A stretch of DNA of 64,000 nucleotides from an uncultured virus (IMG/VR IMGVR_UViG_3300033064_004648) (IMGVR_UViG_3300033064_004648:1-64000); one strand, 5' to 3'; counted from the first letter of the stretch, positions 48,534-59,302 are shown. Notes: generated by a model from the letters alone, not told the origin. Numbers and translations are program-made.

Positions 48534-48678
48534 AAAACATTAAAATCGATTATTGACTGTTCGTTATTCTCCTCCTTATTGTCGTGTCCGTAAAAGTCGG
48601 ATGATTACACCACAAAATGTGCAAATCAGATCACGACAAATAGAAAGAAATAAAAATCAAATAAAATGCAGATTTTAT

Positions 48679-48750
48679 TGGCGGTTCTTCTAAATGGAAA
48701 GAAATCGGGCTTTGATCCCGACAATAGTGGTTCAAATCCACTACTGCCAT
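48679..48750 (+). tRNA. tRNA-Gln(TTG), no encoded CCA
   Basis: Acceptor TGGCGGT/ACTGCCA; TCGGG-CTTTGAT-CCCGA; T arm AGTGG-TTCAAAT-CCACT. Confidence 0.85.
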
Positions 48751-48751
48751 T

Positions 48752-48823
48752 ACAGATATGGTGCCAACAGTAACATAGGTGTTTACCAAACATCGGGTAT
48801 GGATTCAAATTCCATTATCCGCT
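48752..48823 (+). pseudogene. Degenerate tRNA-Gly-like gene (anticodon reads ACC)
   Basis: GGTGT-TTACCAA-ACATC arm; T arm ATGGA-TTCAAAT-TCCAT; acceptor ACAGATA/TATCCGC has two mismatches. Confidence 0.6.
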
Positions 48824-48842
48824 TTAGAATAAACTTTTACAT

Positions 48843-48915
48843 TGGAGTGTCGCATAACTGGCAATGCACGAAGCTGTTAACTTCGAAGATGATGGTTCAA
48901 ATCCGTCCGCTCCAG
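48843..48915 (+). tRNA. tRNA-Asn(GTT), no encoded CCA
   Basis: Acceptor TGGAGTG/CGCTCCA; CGAAG-CTGTTAA-CTTCG. Confidence 0.85.
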
Positions 48916-49001
48916 CTAAGTCTAGGTATGGCGCAACCGCAATTTGCTTCCGACTAGATTATCTCAAAATAAACATACAAAATATGAGATAAAATTAGGT
49001 A

Positions 49002-49030
49002 TTGACAAATATAAAATAGTATGATATAAT
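49002..49030 (+). promoter_or_regulatory. sigma70-type promoter of the replication operon
   Basis: TTGACA-17-TATAAT with TG. Confidence 0.85.
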
Positions 49031-49081
49031 AGTGAAACACAATAAAATCGTTATTTTATTATAATATGAAAGGAAAAATAT

Positions 49082-49666
49082 ATGAAAAAAATAGAACATT
49101 TCAAAAAAGAACTTGAATATATAAAAGATCCAAAAATTAAAGAGTTTGCTGAAAAAGCCATTGAAAGTCTGCCAAATTATTTTTTTGAAATACCCTCTTC
49201 GAGTTCTGGGCGTTATCACCCCCAATATGCACTCAATAAAAGTGGGCTGATTCGCCATACGCGTGCATGTGTCATGTTTGCTATAGAATGTTTTAGGCTT
49301 GAATGGTACAATATGTTTACAGAAGATGATAAAGATTTAATTATTACAAGTTTATTGTTGCATGATGGATTTAAAAATGGAACCAATGGCTCAATATATA
49401 CCGTAAAAAAACATCCAGTTATTGCATCTCAAAACATAAAACAAAATAATACTTTAAATGGAATTATATCGGAAGAGTATCGCAATACGATTTGTGACAA
49501 TATATTAATTCATATGGGTGGATGGCGTTTTAGCAAAGGCGGTAAAGAAATAATGCCAATGCCCAAAACAAGAATGCAAAGACTAGTTCATTTTATTGAT
49601 TATGTATGCAGTAGAAAAATGTTTGAGGTAAATTTTGATGTAAAAATAGAAAGAGAGGAGAAATAA
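49082..49666 (+). CDS. HD-domain phosphohydrolase
   Basis: PSSSSGRYHP..GL.RH, LLHD, HP, HMG, D. Confidence 0.85.
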   Translation: MKKIEHFKKELEYIKDPKIKEFAEKAIESLPNYFFEIPSSSSGRYHPQYALNKSGLIRHTRACVMFAIECFRLEWYNMFTEDDKDLIITSLLLHDGFKNGTNGSIYTVKKHPVIASQNIKQNNTLNGIISEEYRNTICDNILIHMGGWRFSKGGKEIMPMPKTRMQRLVHFIDYVCSRKMFEVNFDVKIEREEK

Positions 49667-49746
49667 TGTTATGCAAAGAAACGGGTGATTATTCTGATGG
49701 TTTGACTAAAAAGAAATAAATATAATAAATAAAGGAGATACGCAAA

Positions 49747-50727
49747 ATGGTTATGGAACTAAAACGAGCGCAACGTAAAAGCGCAAAACTAAAACTGGGG
49801 ATAAGTAGCCCCTCCGGTGGCGGGAAAACTCTGGGCTCATTATTAATTGCTTATGGATTAATGAAAGAATCTCATCCAAAACTGTCTGACGAAGAAATAT
49901 GGGCCAAAATTGCCATTATAGATAGCGAAAATGGTTCCGGTGAACTATATGTTGGGGCAGAAGTCAAAAATCTTGTTATCGGTGAATATGCTGCCATTAC
50001 GCTAACATCCCCGTTTACTGCCGAAAAATATGTTCAAGCTATGGAAGTTTGCGAAGAAAACAACATGGAAGTCGCTATTATTGATAGCACAACACATCTT
50101 TGGAGTGGAACGGGTGGCTTGCTAGAGCAACAAGGAAATATTACGAAACGAACAGGAAATAGTTGGTCTGCATGGCGAGATATAACCCCTATGCACAACA
50201 AATTTATTGAGAAAATGCTTCAATGCAATATGCATGTTATTGCCACAATGAGATCTAAGACAAAATTCGTTCAGGAAAAAGGTTCTGACGGACGAACAAT
50301 TGTTCGCAAAATTGGATTAAATCCAATTCAGAAAGACGGGATGGAATTTGAGTTCACCACCTTCTTCGAAATAGACGCAGAACATAATGCATTTGGTTCA
50401 AAAGATAGAACAAATACGTTTGATCAAGAATATTTTGTGATCACGCCCGATACTGGTAAGAAACTAATGAAATGGTTAAAGGGCGGAACAAGCAAAAAAA
50501 CTAAAGTAATTGGTGTTGCTAAAGCAGATCCAAAAGAAGCATTAGCCGATATGCAAGGAGATGTCGTAGCTCTTTGTCAAGAATTAGGTGGAAGTAAAAA
50601 TGAAGACCTAATGACTGTATTGAAGAAATACGAAAAGAATGGAAATCCAAACAAAATTAAAGATATTAAAAAGTTGAAAGAACTTCAAACAAAATTAAAC
50701 GATATGAAAGAGGCCAAGAATGCTTAA
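49747..50727 (+). CDS. Phage AAA-family ATPase (Sak4-like recombination protein)
   Basis: PSGGGKT, IDSE, IIDS.TH.W, TMRSK, EFEF. Confidence 0.75.
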   Translation: MVMELKRAQRKSAKLKLGISSPSGGGKTLGSLLIAYGLMKESHPKLSDEEIWAKIAIIDSENGSGELYVGAEVKNLVIGEYAAITLTSPFTAEKYVQAMEVCEENNMEVAIIDSTTHLWSGTGGLLEQQGNITKRTGNSWSAWRDITPMHNKFIEKMLQCNMHVIATMRSKTKFVQEKGSDGRTIVRKIGLNPIQKDGMEFEFTTFFEIDAEHNAFGSKDRTNTFDQEYFVITPDTGKKLMKWLKGGTSKKTKVIGVAKADPKEALADMQGDVVALCQELGGSKNEDLMTVLKKYEKNGNPNKIKDIKKLKELQTKLNDMKEAKNA

Positions 50728-51103
50728 CTTTAGTAATACACAAAGAGTAAAAATTTGGAAGATTGACAAAAAAAATAATTATGCAGAAGTACGTATGGGT
50801 AGCTCCCGAAAAGAAAAAGATTCAAAAGAATATAAAAACTCTACGTGGTCTTTCACAAGATTCGTTGGAACCGCATTTAAAAAGATCGATGAACTATCGG
50901 TAGATGACACCATTGTTTTAAAAGGTGCGGGCATTAAGTTAGAACCTTATACAGACAATGAAGGTAATGTAAAATATCCAAAATTTCCACAACTTGTAGT
51001 ATTCAACTGGGAACCGTTTGCATATGAAGATAGTGGACAAACTTCGAGTGGAACCAAACCTCCTACCGTAGTAAGTTCTGACGATGAAGAACTTCCCTTC
51101 TAG
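50720..51103 (+). CDS. ssb: Single-stranded DNA-binding protein
   Basis: OB-fold size, acidic tail DDEELPF, replication context. Confidence 0.7.
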   Translation: MLNFSNTQRVKIWKIDKKNNYAEVRMGSSRKEKDSKEYKNSTWSFTRFVGTAFKKIDELSVDDTIVLKGAGIKLEPYTDNEGNVKYPKFPQLVVFNWEPFAYEDSGQTSSGTKPPTVVSSDDEELPF

Positions 51104-51127
51104 GTAGAATATTTGCAAGACAACAAG

Positions 51128-51163
51128 ATAAAGGGTTGGGCATAATCTCAACCCTTTTATTTT
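51128..51163 (+). terminator. Intrinsic terminator
   Basis: AAAGGGTTGGG-loop-CTCAACCCTTTT followed by T-rich tract. Confidence 0.75.
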
Positions 51164-51184
51164 ATAAAACTGAATGGAGAATAA

Positions 51185-53104
51185 ATGCTTGTAGATAAGC
51201 AATTGATTATTGATGCAAAAGAGAAAATAGGAGCAAAAGTGGCTCTTACCATAGCTAAAGATTTAGAATTAAAAGAATTCGATGAAATAAACTTAAAGTC
51301 ATTATGCCCTTTTCATGATGAAGATACTCCATCCTTTATTTGGAATCAACATTTAAATAATTTTCATTGTTTTGGTTGTCAAAAGAATTATGATATTATT
51401 GAACACTACATGTCTTTTTATAAAATAACATTTCTAGATGCCGCACAAAAACTTTTTGAAGAAACAGATACAGAATATGCTTTCGGCGAAAAAGGTGTTC
51501 AGAAATATAAAAATTACAAGTATCCATTCTATGATAAAAATGATAATCGGAAAGACGTTGAAGATTATTTAAAAATAAGAAGAATATCAAAAGAAACATT
51601 AGATTATTGTGATGTTCAGCAAGATAATAATCACAATATTGTTTTTAATTTTTGTGATAGTAATGATGTACTTACATTAGTTAAATATCGTCCCGCAAAA
51701 AAAATTGAGCATGGCGAAACAAAGTCATGGTGTCAACCAGAATCTAGCACCAAACCAATATTGTTCAATATGAATAGAATAGATGTAACTAAACCGCTCT
51801 TAATTAACGAAGGGGAAATTGATTGTCTTGCATCAATAGAATCGGGTTATACAAACTCCGTATCTATTCCCCTAGGGGCAGGAAATACAGGATGGATTGA
51901 AGAAAATTTTGAGTGGCTTGAACAGTTTGACAAAATAATTATATGGTCAGATAATGATGTCTCTGGAATGAAGATGCGCAAAGAAGTTTGTTCAAGATTA
52001 GGAATGTGGAGAACTTTTTATGTAGATTTACCACAGACACTTAAGAATGAAGACGGGAAAGATATTAGGGTAAAAGACACTAATGAAGTTTTATTCTTTT
52101 TTGGAAAAGGAAAAGTTATAGATCTTATTGAAAATGCCCAAGATTTTCCGATCGATGGGGTTATCAACTTAGCAAGAGTGGAGCCTTTTGATTTAGAGGC
52201 TGCCCCTGGTCTTTACACGGGATTAAAAAATGTCGATAATATTATATATAAATTTCTTTTCGGCAGTGTTTTAATGGTAACTGGAAGAACAGGGTCGGGC
52301 AAAAGTGCTCTTATTAGTCAACTATTTATTTGCGAACCATTGAATCAAGGACATGATGTTTTTATATATTCAGGTGAATTGGGTAAAGATCTTGTTCAGT
52401 CGTGGTTAGAACTTTCAATGGCTGGTCCAGAAAAAATTAAGATGAGAGATAGAGATATTCACGTTGTTGACGGTCGGGCAATAGAAGAGATGCATAATTG
52501 GTACGACGAAAGAGTTTGGCTATATGAAAAAAATAGCAATAGTTCTGAAGACATTCTTGAAAGAGCCGTTGCATCTATTCGCAAGTACGGTGTAAAAGTA
52601 ATACTGTTAGACAACTTGATGTCTATTGATATTGATGCAGATAGTCAAAGCTTAAACCAAAAGCAAAAAGAATTTCTCAACAAATTGAACCAATTGGCTC
52701 TATTATATAACGTGTTGGTAGTTTTAGTTGCTCATCCAAAAAAATTTCAAAGTGGAACTGATTTGTCAATTGACGATATATCTGGCGCAAGCGAAATGCC
52801 AAATACTGCACAATATGTGATGGCAGTAAAACGTTATTGGAAAAAAGATAAGGATGGCATAAAAAAACAAAACGGAAGAGGATATGTTGTCCAGCCCACC
52901 GAGTATGACGGAGAAATTACGATTAAGAAAAATAGATACACCGGACGAGTTGGAAAGGTTGACCTATTTTTTGACTATCCTAGTTACAGGTTTTATAATA
53001 CTCCAAAAGAACTTTGGAAACGATATAAATGGAATAAGGATAAAAGTCCTTTGCCCACACATGACCCAAATAAACATTCAATAATGCCTGAAGAAATGGA
53101 GTAA
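51185..53104 (+). CDS. Primase-helicase (CHC2 Zn finger, TOPRIM, SF4 helicase)
   Basis: CPFH..PSF..CFGC; EGEID; DND; GRTGSGKS; LDNL; VAHP; KNR. Confidence 0.9.
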   Translation: MLVDKQLIIDAKEKIGAKVALTIAKDLELKEFDEINLKSLCPFHDEDTPSFIWNQHLNNFHCFGCQKNYDIIEHYMSFYKITFLDAAQKLFEETDTEYAFGEKGVQKYKNYKYPFYDKNDNRKDVEDYLKIRRISKETLDYCDVQQDNNHNIVFNFCDSNDVLTLVKYRPAKKIEHGETKSWCQPESSTKPILFNMNRIDVTKPLLINEGEIDCLASIESGYTNSVSIPLGAGNTGWIEENFEWLEQFDKIIIWSDNDVSGMKMRKEVCSRLGMWRTFYVDLPQTLKNEDGKDIRVKDTNEVLFFFGKGKVIDLIENAQDFPIDGVINLARVEPFDLEAAPGLYTGLKNVDNIIYKFLFGSVLMVTGRTGSGKSALISQLFICEPLNQGHDVFIYSGELGKDLVQSWLELSMAGPEKIKMRDRDIHVVDGRAIEEMHNWYDERVWLYEKNSNSSEDILERAVASIRKYGVKVILLDNLMSIDIDADSQSLNQKQKEFLNKLNQLALLYNVLVVLVAHPKKFQSGTDLSIDDISGASEMPNTAQYVMAVKRYWKKDKDGIKKQNGRGYVVQPTEYDGEITIKKNRYTGRVGKVDLFFDYPSYRFYNTPKELWKRYKWNKDKSPLPTHDPNKHSIMPEEME

Positions 53105-53105
53105 A

Positions 53106-54077
53106 ATGAAAAAATATAATAGTGGTATTTACAAAATACAAAACCTTCTTGACAGAAAAATATATTTTGGCGGCGGAATTTTAAAAGCAAGAGAATATTA
53201 TAATTTTTATGGATTAAAAAGAAATATTCATCATAATTCCAACCTTCAAAAAGCATATAATAAAGATGGAAAAGAAAACTTTGAATTTATTACGCTTTTA
53301 TATTGTGAACCAGATGAACTTATTAGGTATGAACAATTTTTTGTTGATAAATATAGACGTTCTGGATTATTATACAATATTTATTTAGACGATGTTAGCC
53401 GTGGTTTAGGAACTAAAAGACCTTATAAAGTAAGACAGCGAATGTCAATAGCAAAAAATGGAAAATACAACGGAGTAAAAAATCCATTTTATGGCATGAA
53501 ACATACGGATGAAACTAAAGCACGAATATCCGAAGCAACCAGAGGGATAAACAGCGGCAACATCATTAAGAAAAAAGTCATATTAAAAATACGCAAAATG
53601 CTTATTGAAGGTCTTCTTCAGAAAGATATTATGATAAAACTCAATATTAGTAGAGGAACAATTTATCGAACAAAAATAGGGTTTTATGATAAGATATATA
53701 ATTTACCCAAGAAACAATATACGCCAAAAGCACCTGTTGTTGAAAAAAACGATATATTAAAAGTCCGCGATATGCTTGCCTCAGGAATGTTCCAAAAAGA
53801 CGTTGCGCAAAAAATCAACAGAAGCGAGTCTACAATACGTAAAATTAAAAATGGTGATTATGATAAAAAGTATGGTTTGACGAAAATAAAGTGGATCAAC
53901 ACAACCCGTTTTATAAAAAAAGAGATTGTGTTATGTATAATAAAAAAACTTAATCTTGGAATAACCCAAAAAAATATCGCAAAGCAACTAAATATTAGTC
54001 AATCCACCATAAGCAAAGTTAAAAGGGGATTTTATAATAATACTTATAATTTAGAGGACATTAATGACAAACAATAA
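53106..54077 (+). CDS. GIY-YIG homing endonuclease with repeated HTH tails
   Basis: SGIYKI.N; NPFYG.KH; three HTH..GFY repeats. Confidence 0.85.
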   Translation: MKKYNSGIYKIQNLLDRKIYFGGGILKAREYYNFYGLKRNIHHNSNLQKAYNKDGKENFEFITLLYCEPDELIRYEQFFVDKYRRSGLLYNIYLDDVSRGLGTKRPYKVRQRMSIAKNGKYNGVKNPFYGMKHTDETKARISEATRGINSGNIIKKKVILKIRKMLIEGLLQKDIMIKLNISRGTIYRTKIGFYDKIYNLPKKQYTPKAPVVEKNDILKVRDMLASGMFQKDVAQKINRSESTIRKIKNGDYDKKYGLTKIKWINTTRFIKKEIVLCIIKKLNLGITQKNIAKQLNISQSTISKVKRGFYNNTYNLEDINDKQ

Positions 54078-54846
54078 TTATGATTTTATATTAAAAAATA
54101 GGCGATGGTCATTTTCAAGTGTCAACAGCTTTAAAACATGTCCGATGGGTTTCAAACTCACTTACATTAACGATGAAGAAAGAGAGGGGAATATTTTCGC
54201 GGATTTCGGTTTACTTATTCACTTTGTTCTCGAATCATTTTTTCTAAATGAATTAGAAGTATGGGATCTTCTTCAATATTATGTTGATAATTTTGATGAA
54301 TTCTTAAAGTCAATCCCGCCCGCATTTCCTAAAAATATGTTAGATATTTATTATCAAGCAGGATTAAAATATTTTGAAAATTTTGGTTTTGATAAATCTT
54401 TGTACGAAGTTATTTCTGTAGAAGAAACAATTGACTCAAGTTACCACGATTTCGAACTAGTCACAAAACCTGATCTTATACTCAAAGAATTATCTACTAG
54501 CGAATATCACTTGATTGATTTTAAAACCGCAAGACTTAAAAAAAGTTCTAAGGATAAAGAAAAACAATTAAGCACATATATGAATCAATTTAATCTATAT
54601 AGCTACTTTTTTGAGCAAGAAAAAGGAATTCATATTGATAAAATAATTATTTGGTTTATTAGAGATGGGATTGAAGTTGTCAAAGAAGTAATTTCTTCCG
54701 ATGTTCAAGAAACACTATTATGGTTTGAAAATACTGTTAATCAGGCTATCAAAGAAGAAGAGTGGATAGCGAAAGATAATGGCTACTTTTGTAAGGAAAT
54801 TTGTTCGATGCGAAATTTCTGTCCTGCAAGGGCTAATTTTGCATAA
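54064..54846 (+). CDS. PD-(D/E)XK exonuclease (RecB/Cas4-like)
   Basis: WSFS....CP; PDLI; IDFKT; Q..LY; C..C..R..C. Confidence 0.85.
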   Translation: MTNNNYDFILKNRRWSFSSVNSFKTCPMGFKLTYINDEEREGNIFADFGLLIHFVLESFFLNELEVWDLLQYYVDNFDEFLKSIPPAFPKNMLDIYYQAGLKYFENFGFDKSLYEVISVEETIDSSYHDFELVTKPDLILKELSTSEYHLIDFKTARLKKSSKDKEKQLSTYMNQFNLYSYFFEQEKGIHIDKIIIWFIRDGIEVVKEVISSDVQETLLWFENTVNQAIKEEEWIAKDNGYFCKEICSMRNFCPARANFA

Positions 54847-54924
54847 CACAAGCAAAAATGACCTCTTAGAATCATCTCTAAGAGGTTTAAATAAATATAG
54901 GCATATATTCATATCAATAAAACC

Positions 54925-54953
54925 TTGACAGAATATTGATATTATGGTATATT
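54925..54953 (+). promoter_or_regulatory. sigma70-type promoter
   Basis: TTGACA-17-TATATT with TG. Confidence 0.7.
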
Positions 54954-54976
54954 TATAAAATAGGAAGAATATAAAA

Positions 54977-57900
54977 ATGAATTATGTAAATTACCATCGA
55001 CATTCCTATTATAGCAATATAATCATATCGGATTCGACTGTCTCGCCAGAAGACTATGCAAAACGCGCAATAGAACTTAATCAAACAGTCCTATCTTCAT
55101 GTGAACATGGCTCACCAGGAAGATACATTGAGTCATATGAATTGGCTAAACAACATAATCTCAAATTCTTATTTGCTACAGAAGCATATTTCGTCAAAGA
55201 TAGAACTGAAAAAGATAGAACAAATGCACACATAGTTCTTTTGGCTAAAAATGAATTCGGTAGAAAGGCAATCAATCGAGTTCTTTCAGAGTCTAACTTG
55301 ACTGGATTTTATTATAGACCAAGAATAGACATGGAATTACTTTTATCTTTACCTTCGGATGATGTATGGATCACCACAGCTTGTTTGGCGGGACTCTGGC
55401 AATACGAAGATTATGAAGAATTGATTTTGAAAATATCAAAACATTTTGGAAAAAATTTCTTTTTAGAAGTTCAATACCATCATACTGAAAGTCAAGTAGA
55501 ATTAAATAAAAAAATTATTAATTTATCTAATAAACATAATATAAGTATCATATTCGGAACAGACTCTCATTATATTTATCCTGATCAAGCACAAGAAAGA
55601 GATGATTATCTTTTATCAAAACATATTGAATATGAGGATGAAGATGGATGGTTCTTAGATTATCCACCTTGTGATACGGCAATAAAAAGATTTCAAAAAC
55701 AGGGAGTGCTTAATAAGTACCAAATTGAAGAAGCAATTAATAATACAAATATATTTAATGAAGTTGAAGTTTATGATTCCATAATTTTTAACACTGATAT
55801 GAAGCTTCCTTCGCTCTATCCTCATTTAATCCAAGAAGATAAAAATAAGATGTTGTCCGATTTAGTTTGGCTTAAGTGGGATGAAGAAAAAGATAAAATA
55901 GTTCAAAGCGATTGGATGATGTATAAATCCGAAATTGAAAAAGAATTGTCCATTATTCTTGAAACAGGTATGGCGGACTATTTCTTATTAGATTATGAAA
56001 TAATAAAAAAAGGTAAAGAAATGGGTGGGCATTTAACTCTTACGGGAAGAGGGAGTGGACCAAGTTTTTATATATCTAAACTCCTTGACTTTACAACAAT
56101 CGATCGCATATCTTCAAAAGTAAAATTATTCCCTGAAAGATTTATTACCAAAGAACGTATTTTAGAAACAGGGAGTTTACCTGATATTGATTTCAATATC
56201 GGCAATCCCGAAATTTTTATACAGGCTCAAACCGAAATCATGGGTGAAGATCATTCATATCCTATGTTAGTCTATGGGACAATTCGCCCCAAATCAGCAT
56301 GGAAATTATATGCCAGAGCAGTAAATATTGATTTTGAAACCGCCAATCAAGTGTCTGAAAAAATTGGCGAATATGAAAAAGCGCTTATTTATTCAGAAGA
56401 AGATGAAAAAGAAGATGTAGATATTTTTGATTATATAGATCGTCAATATAGAAACTCATATCAAGAAAGTACAAAATATTTAGGTGTTGTCGCGCAAGCA
56501 GGTGTTCATCCTTGTGCTCATCTCATATTTAATCAGAACATAAAAGAAGAAATAGGTTTAATTAGAATCAAAAATAATATATGTTGTTTGATGGATGGCG
56601 ACTGGTCTGAAAGATATAGTTTTCTTAAAAATGATTTACTCAAAGTAAATGTTGTAGAATTAATTCACCGAGTTTATAAACGCATTAAGGTAGAACCCCA
56701 CCCATTGCCCGAACTTATAGAAATATGTAAAGACAATAAAAAGGTATGGAATGTTTATGCAAGTGCTTGGACGATGGGGATCAATCAAGTGGAACCAACA
56801 ACAACAGCCGGACGAGTAGCAAAGTACAAGCCAACAAATATCTCAGAAGTTTCGGCTTTTGTCGCTGCAATTAGACCTGGATTTAAAAGTAATTATAAAC
56901 AATTCGAGTCAAGAGAACAATTTTCATATGGCATTCCTTCGCTAGACTCTATAATTCAAACAAAAGAATTTCCTCAAAGTTATTTGCTTTATCAAGAAAA
57001 CGCTATGCAAGTACTTGGTTATGCAGGAATTCCAATGCATGAAACATACGACATTATAAAAAATATTGCTAAAAAGCGTTATGAAAAAATTCGTAAATAT
57101 AAAGATATTTTCTTATCTGGAATGACTGAAAAAATTATTGTTTTAGAAAATAAGACAAGAAAAGAAGCAGACAAAATTGCCCATATGACTTGGCAAATTG
57201 TTGACGATAGTTCGCGGTATAGTTTTAATAGTTCTCATGCGTATAGTGTTGCGGGAGATTCTTTATATGGGGCATATTTAAAGTCACATTATCCTGTTGA
57301 ATTCTATGAAGTATTATTGAATATACTTGAAGAGTCTGGAGATAAAAACAGGTTGTCAAAAACTATTGCCGAGGCAGAAAGAGCATACGGAATAAAATTT
57401 CCTCGTCTTAAGTTTGGACAGGATAATAGACATATCAAAGGTGATTCCAAAACAAAAGAAATTACACCTAGTTTAAAAACCATTAAAGGATTTGGAAGTA
57501 AAATTGGTGAAAACTTATATTTGTTAGGACAAAGTAATTATAATTCATTTTTAGATTTTCTTATAGATGCAGAAGAAAAAGGTTATAAGAGCAAGAAATA
57601 TGAATCTCTAATAAAAATTAATTATTTTGATATGTTTGGTGGAAACCTAAAACTTTTAAAAATATTTGATGAATTTACTTCCGGTAAAAGCAGGTATTCT
57701 CGAAAACATACAGATAAAACAAAAGAAAAAAGAATTATTGGTTTACGGGAATTTAGTGATAAAGCAAAAGATGAAAAACTTCCTATTATAGAGCAAATAA
57801 TATCTGATCAAGAAATATTGGGATATGTTAATACAATATATCCTAATATTGATAAAAGATATATAATTGTACAATCTCTTAGTCTGAAATTCGCCCCGCG

Positions 57901-58156
57901 TGCTTCTGTGTACTGCCTATCCAACGGACGAGTAGTAAGCTTAAAAATATATAGAAAAACATATGATAATAATATATTTTTGGGCGGTGACATCCTATAC
58001 TGTCGAAACTTTGAGAAAAAAAATCCCGTCAAATTTGTCAATGGAGAATATGTTGATGACATGAATGGCAAAATGCAGTATTGGTTAACTGACTATGATG
58101 TTATTCAGCCAGAAGCCTTTGATAAATTGAAAAGGAACTATGATAAAAAGAATTGA
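54977..58156 (+). CDS. dnaE: DNA polymerase III alpha subunit (family C)
   Basis: PHP domain (H.H, DSH), GRGS, PDID, H, K.D.L, YQE, Y.FN.SH..Y. Confidence 0.95.
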   Translation: MNYVNYHRHSYYSNIIISDSTVSPEDYAKRAIELNQTVLSSCEHGSPGRYIESYELAKQHNLKFLFATEAYFVKDRTEKDRTNAHIVLLAKNEFGRKAINRVLSESNLTGFYYRPRIDMELLLSLPSDDVWITTACLAGLWQYEDYEELILKISKHFGKNFFLEVQYHHTESQVELNKKIINLSNKHNISIIFGTDSHYIYPDQAQERDDYLLSKHIEYEDEDGWFLDYPPCDTAIKRFQKQGVLNKYQIEEAINNTNIFNEVEVYDSIIFNTDMKLPSLYPHLIQEDKNKMLSDLVWLKWDEEKDKIVQSDWMMYKSEIEKELSIILETGMADYFLLDYEIIKKGKEMGGHLTLTGRGSGPSFYISKLLDFTTIDRISSKVKLFPERFITKERILETGSLPDIDFNIGNPEIFIQAQTEIMGEDHSYPMLVYGTIRPKSAWKLYARAVNIDFETANQVSEKIGEYEKALIYSEEDEKEDVDIFDYIDRQYRNSYQESTKYLGVVAQAGVHPCAHLIFNQNIKEEIGLIRIKNNICCLMDGDWSERYSFLKNDLLKVNVVELIHRVYKRIKVEPHPLPELIEICKDNKKVWNVYASAWTMGINQVEPTTTAGRVAKYKPTNISEVSAFVAAIRPGFKSNYKQFESREQFSYGIPSLDSIIQTKEFPQSYLLYQENAMQVLGYAGIPMHETYDIIKNIAKKRYEKIRKYKDIFLSGMTEKIIVLENKTRKEADKIAHMTWQIVDDSSRYSFNSSHAYSVAGDSLYGAYLKSHYPVEFYEVLLNILEESGDKNRLSKTIAEAERAYGIKFPRLKFGQDNRHIKGDSKTKEITPSLKTIKGFGSKIGENLYLLGQSNYNSFLDFLIDAEEKGYKSKKYESLIKINYFDMFGGNLKLLKIFDEFTSGKSRYSRKHTDKTKEKRIIGLREFSDKAKDEKLPIIEQIISDQEILGYVNTIYPNIDKRYIIVQSLSLKFAPRASVYCLSNGRVVSLKIYRKTYDNNIFLGGDILYCRNFEKKNPVKFVNGEYVDDMNGKMQYWLTDYDVIQPEAFDKLKRNYDKKN

Positions 58157-59222
58157 TTTGGGTGGAAGAAGGTTTGGAAAATTATTGGTAATTGACTATA
58201 GTGGAAATCGTTATTGGAATTGTTTGTGCGACTGCGGGAATTATAAAACTATAAGACATGACCATCTGTTGAACGGAGATACAAGAAGTTGTGGATGCTT
58301 GAGACATAAAGATTTGGCGAGAACCAAATTCAATAAGCTTTTAGTTATTTCGCGATCAGACAAACCTAAAAATGTAACAAATAGAAGTTTTTATTGGCGA
58401 TGTTTATGTGATTGTGGAAACTATACTATAGCATCCACTAATGCATTGAAACGCGGACGAGTAAAATCTTGCGGTTGTTTAAAACATAAAGACAGATATA
58501 TTGACATAACAGGACAAAGATTCTCGAGATTATTAGTAATAAAAAAGTTTGACAAAACTGATGGCAATGTAATTCGGTGGTTGTGTCAATGTGATTGTGG
58601 AAAAACAAAAATAATATCGGGGCAAAGTTTAAAAAGTGGATTGACAAAAAGTTGTGGATGCTTATCTATAGAAAAAACCACTAAAAGAAATCAATTACGA
58701 AAAGGACATAATAAATACGACCTTGCCGGGACATATGGTATTGGTTATGACAGTAAAGGCAAAATATTTTATTTTGATTTAGACGATTATGATAAAATTA
58801 AGAATTATCGATGGTATGTTACAAAAAAAGGATATGTTGCAAGCAGTTATCTTCCGTCTGGTAGTAAAAAAGACGGAAAGATATCAATTGCTATGCATAG
58901 AATAATTACAAACTGTATTGACAAAAAATTAGTTCCAGATCATATAAATCACATTAATTATGACAATCGAAAAAGTAATTTAAGAGTTGTTACTTATTCT
59001 CAAAACAATCAAAATAAAATTATTTATAAAAAAAATACTTCTTCTGGACGTATGGGAGTTTGTTGGCAAAAAAGTATAAACAAATGGTATTCATACATTA
59101 ATATCAATAAAAGAAGGATCAATTTAGGGTATTATGAAAAATTAGACGACGCTATAAAAGCAAGAGAATTAGGCGAGATTGAGTACTTCAAAAAATATAG
59201 GTGTGGACAACCTAACCCTTGA
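58140..59222 (+). CDS. HNH/AP2 endonuclease
   Basis: Cys repeats; MHR, DHIN...DNRKSNLR; AP2 tail. Confidence 0.85.
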   Translation: MIKRIDLGGRRFGKLLVIDYSGNRYWNCLCDCGNYKTIRHDHLLNGDTRSCGCLRHKDLARTKFNKLLVISRSDKPKNVTNRSFYWRCLCDCGNYTIASTNALKRGRVKSCGCLKHKDRYIDITGQRFSRLLVIKKFDKTDGNVIRWLCQCDCGKTKIISGQSLKSGLTKSCGCLSIEKTTKRNQLRKGHNKYDLAGTYGIGYDSKGKIFYFDLDDYDKIKNYRWYVTKKGYVASSYLPSGSKKDGKISIAMHRIITNCIDKKLVPDHINHINYDNRKSNLRVVTYSQNNQNKIIYKKNTSSGRMGVCWQKSINKWYSYININKRRINLGYYEKLDDAIKARELGEIEYFKKYRCGQPNP

Positions 59223-59247
59223 CAAAATGTAAGATGTATGGTATTAT
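59219..59247 (+). promoter_or_regulatory. sigma70-type promoter
   Basis: TTGACA-17-TATTAT with TG. Confidence 0.75.
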
Positions 59248-59302
59248 AATAGAAACAAAACAACATAAAACAGTAATTTTATCATGTTTAAGGAGAAAAT
59301 AA

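Noticed and set aside
48694..48957. 87-aa ORF
   Set aside because: Overlaps three tRNA-like genes; spurious
54064..54846. CRISPR-associated Cas4
   Set aside because: Lies between primase-helicase and DnaE as in many phage replication modules; no CRISPR context
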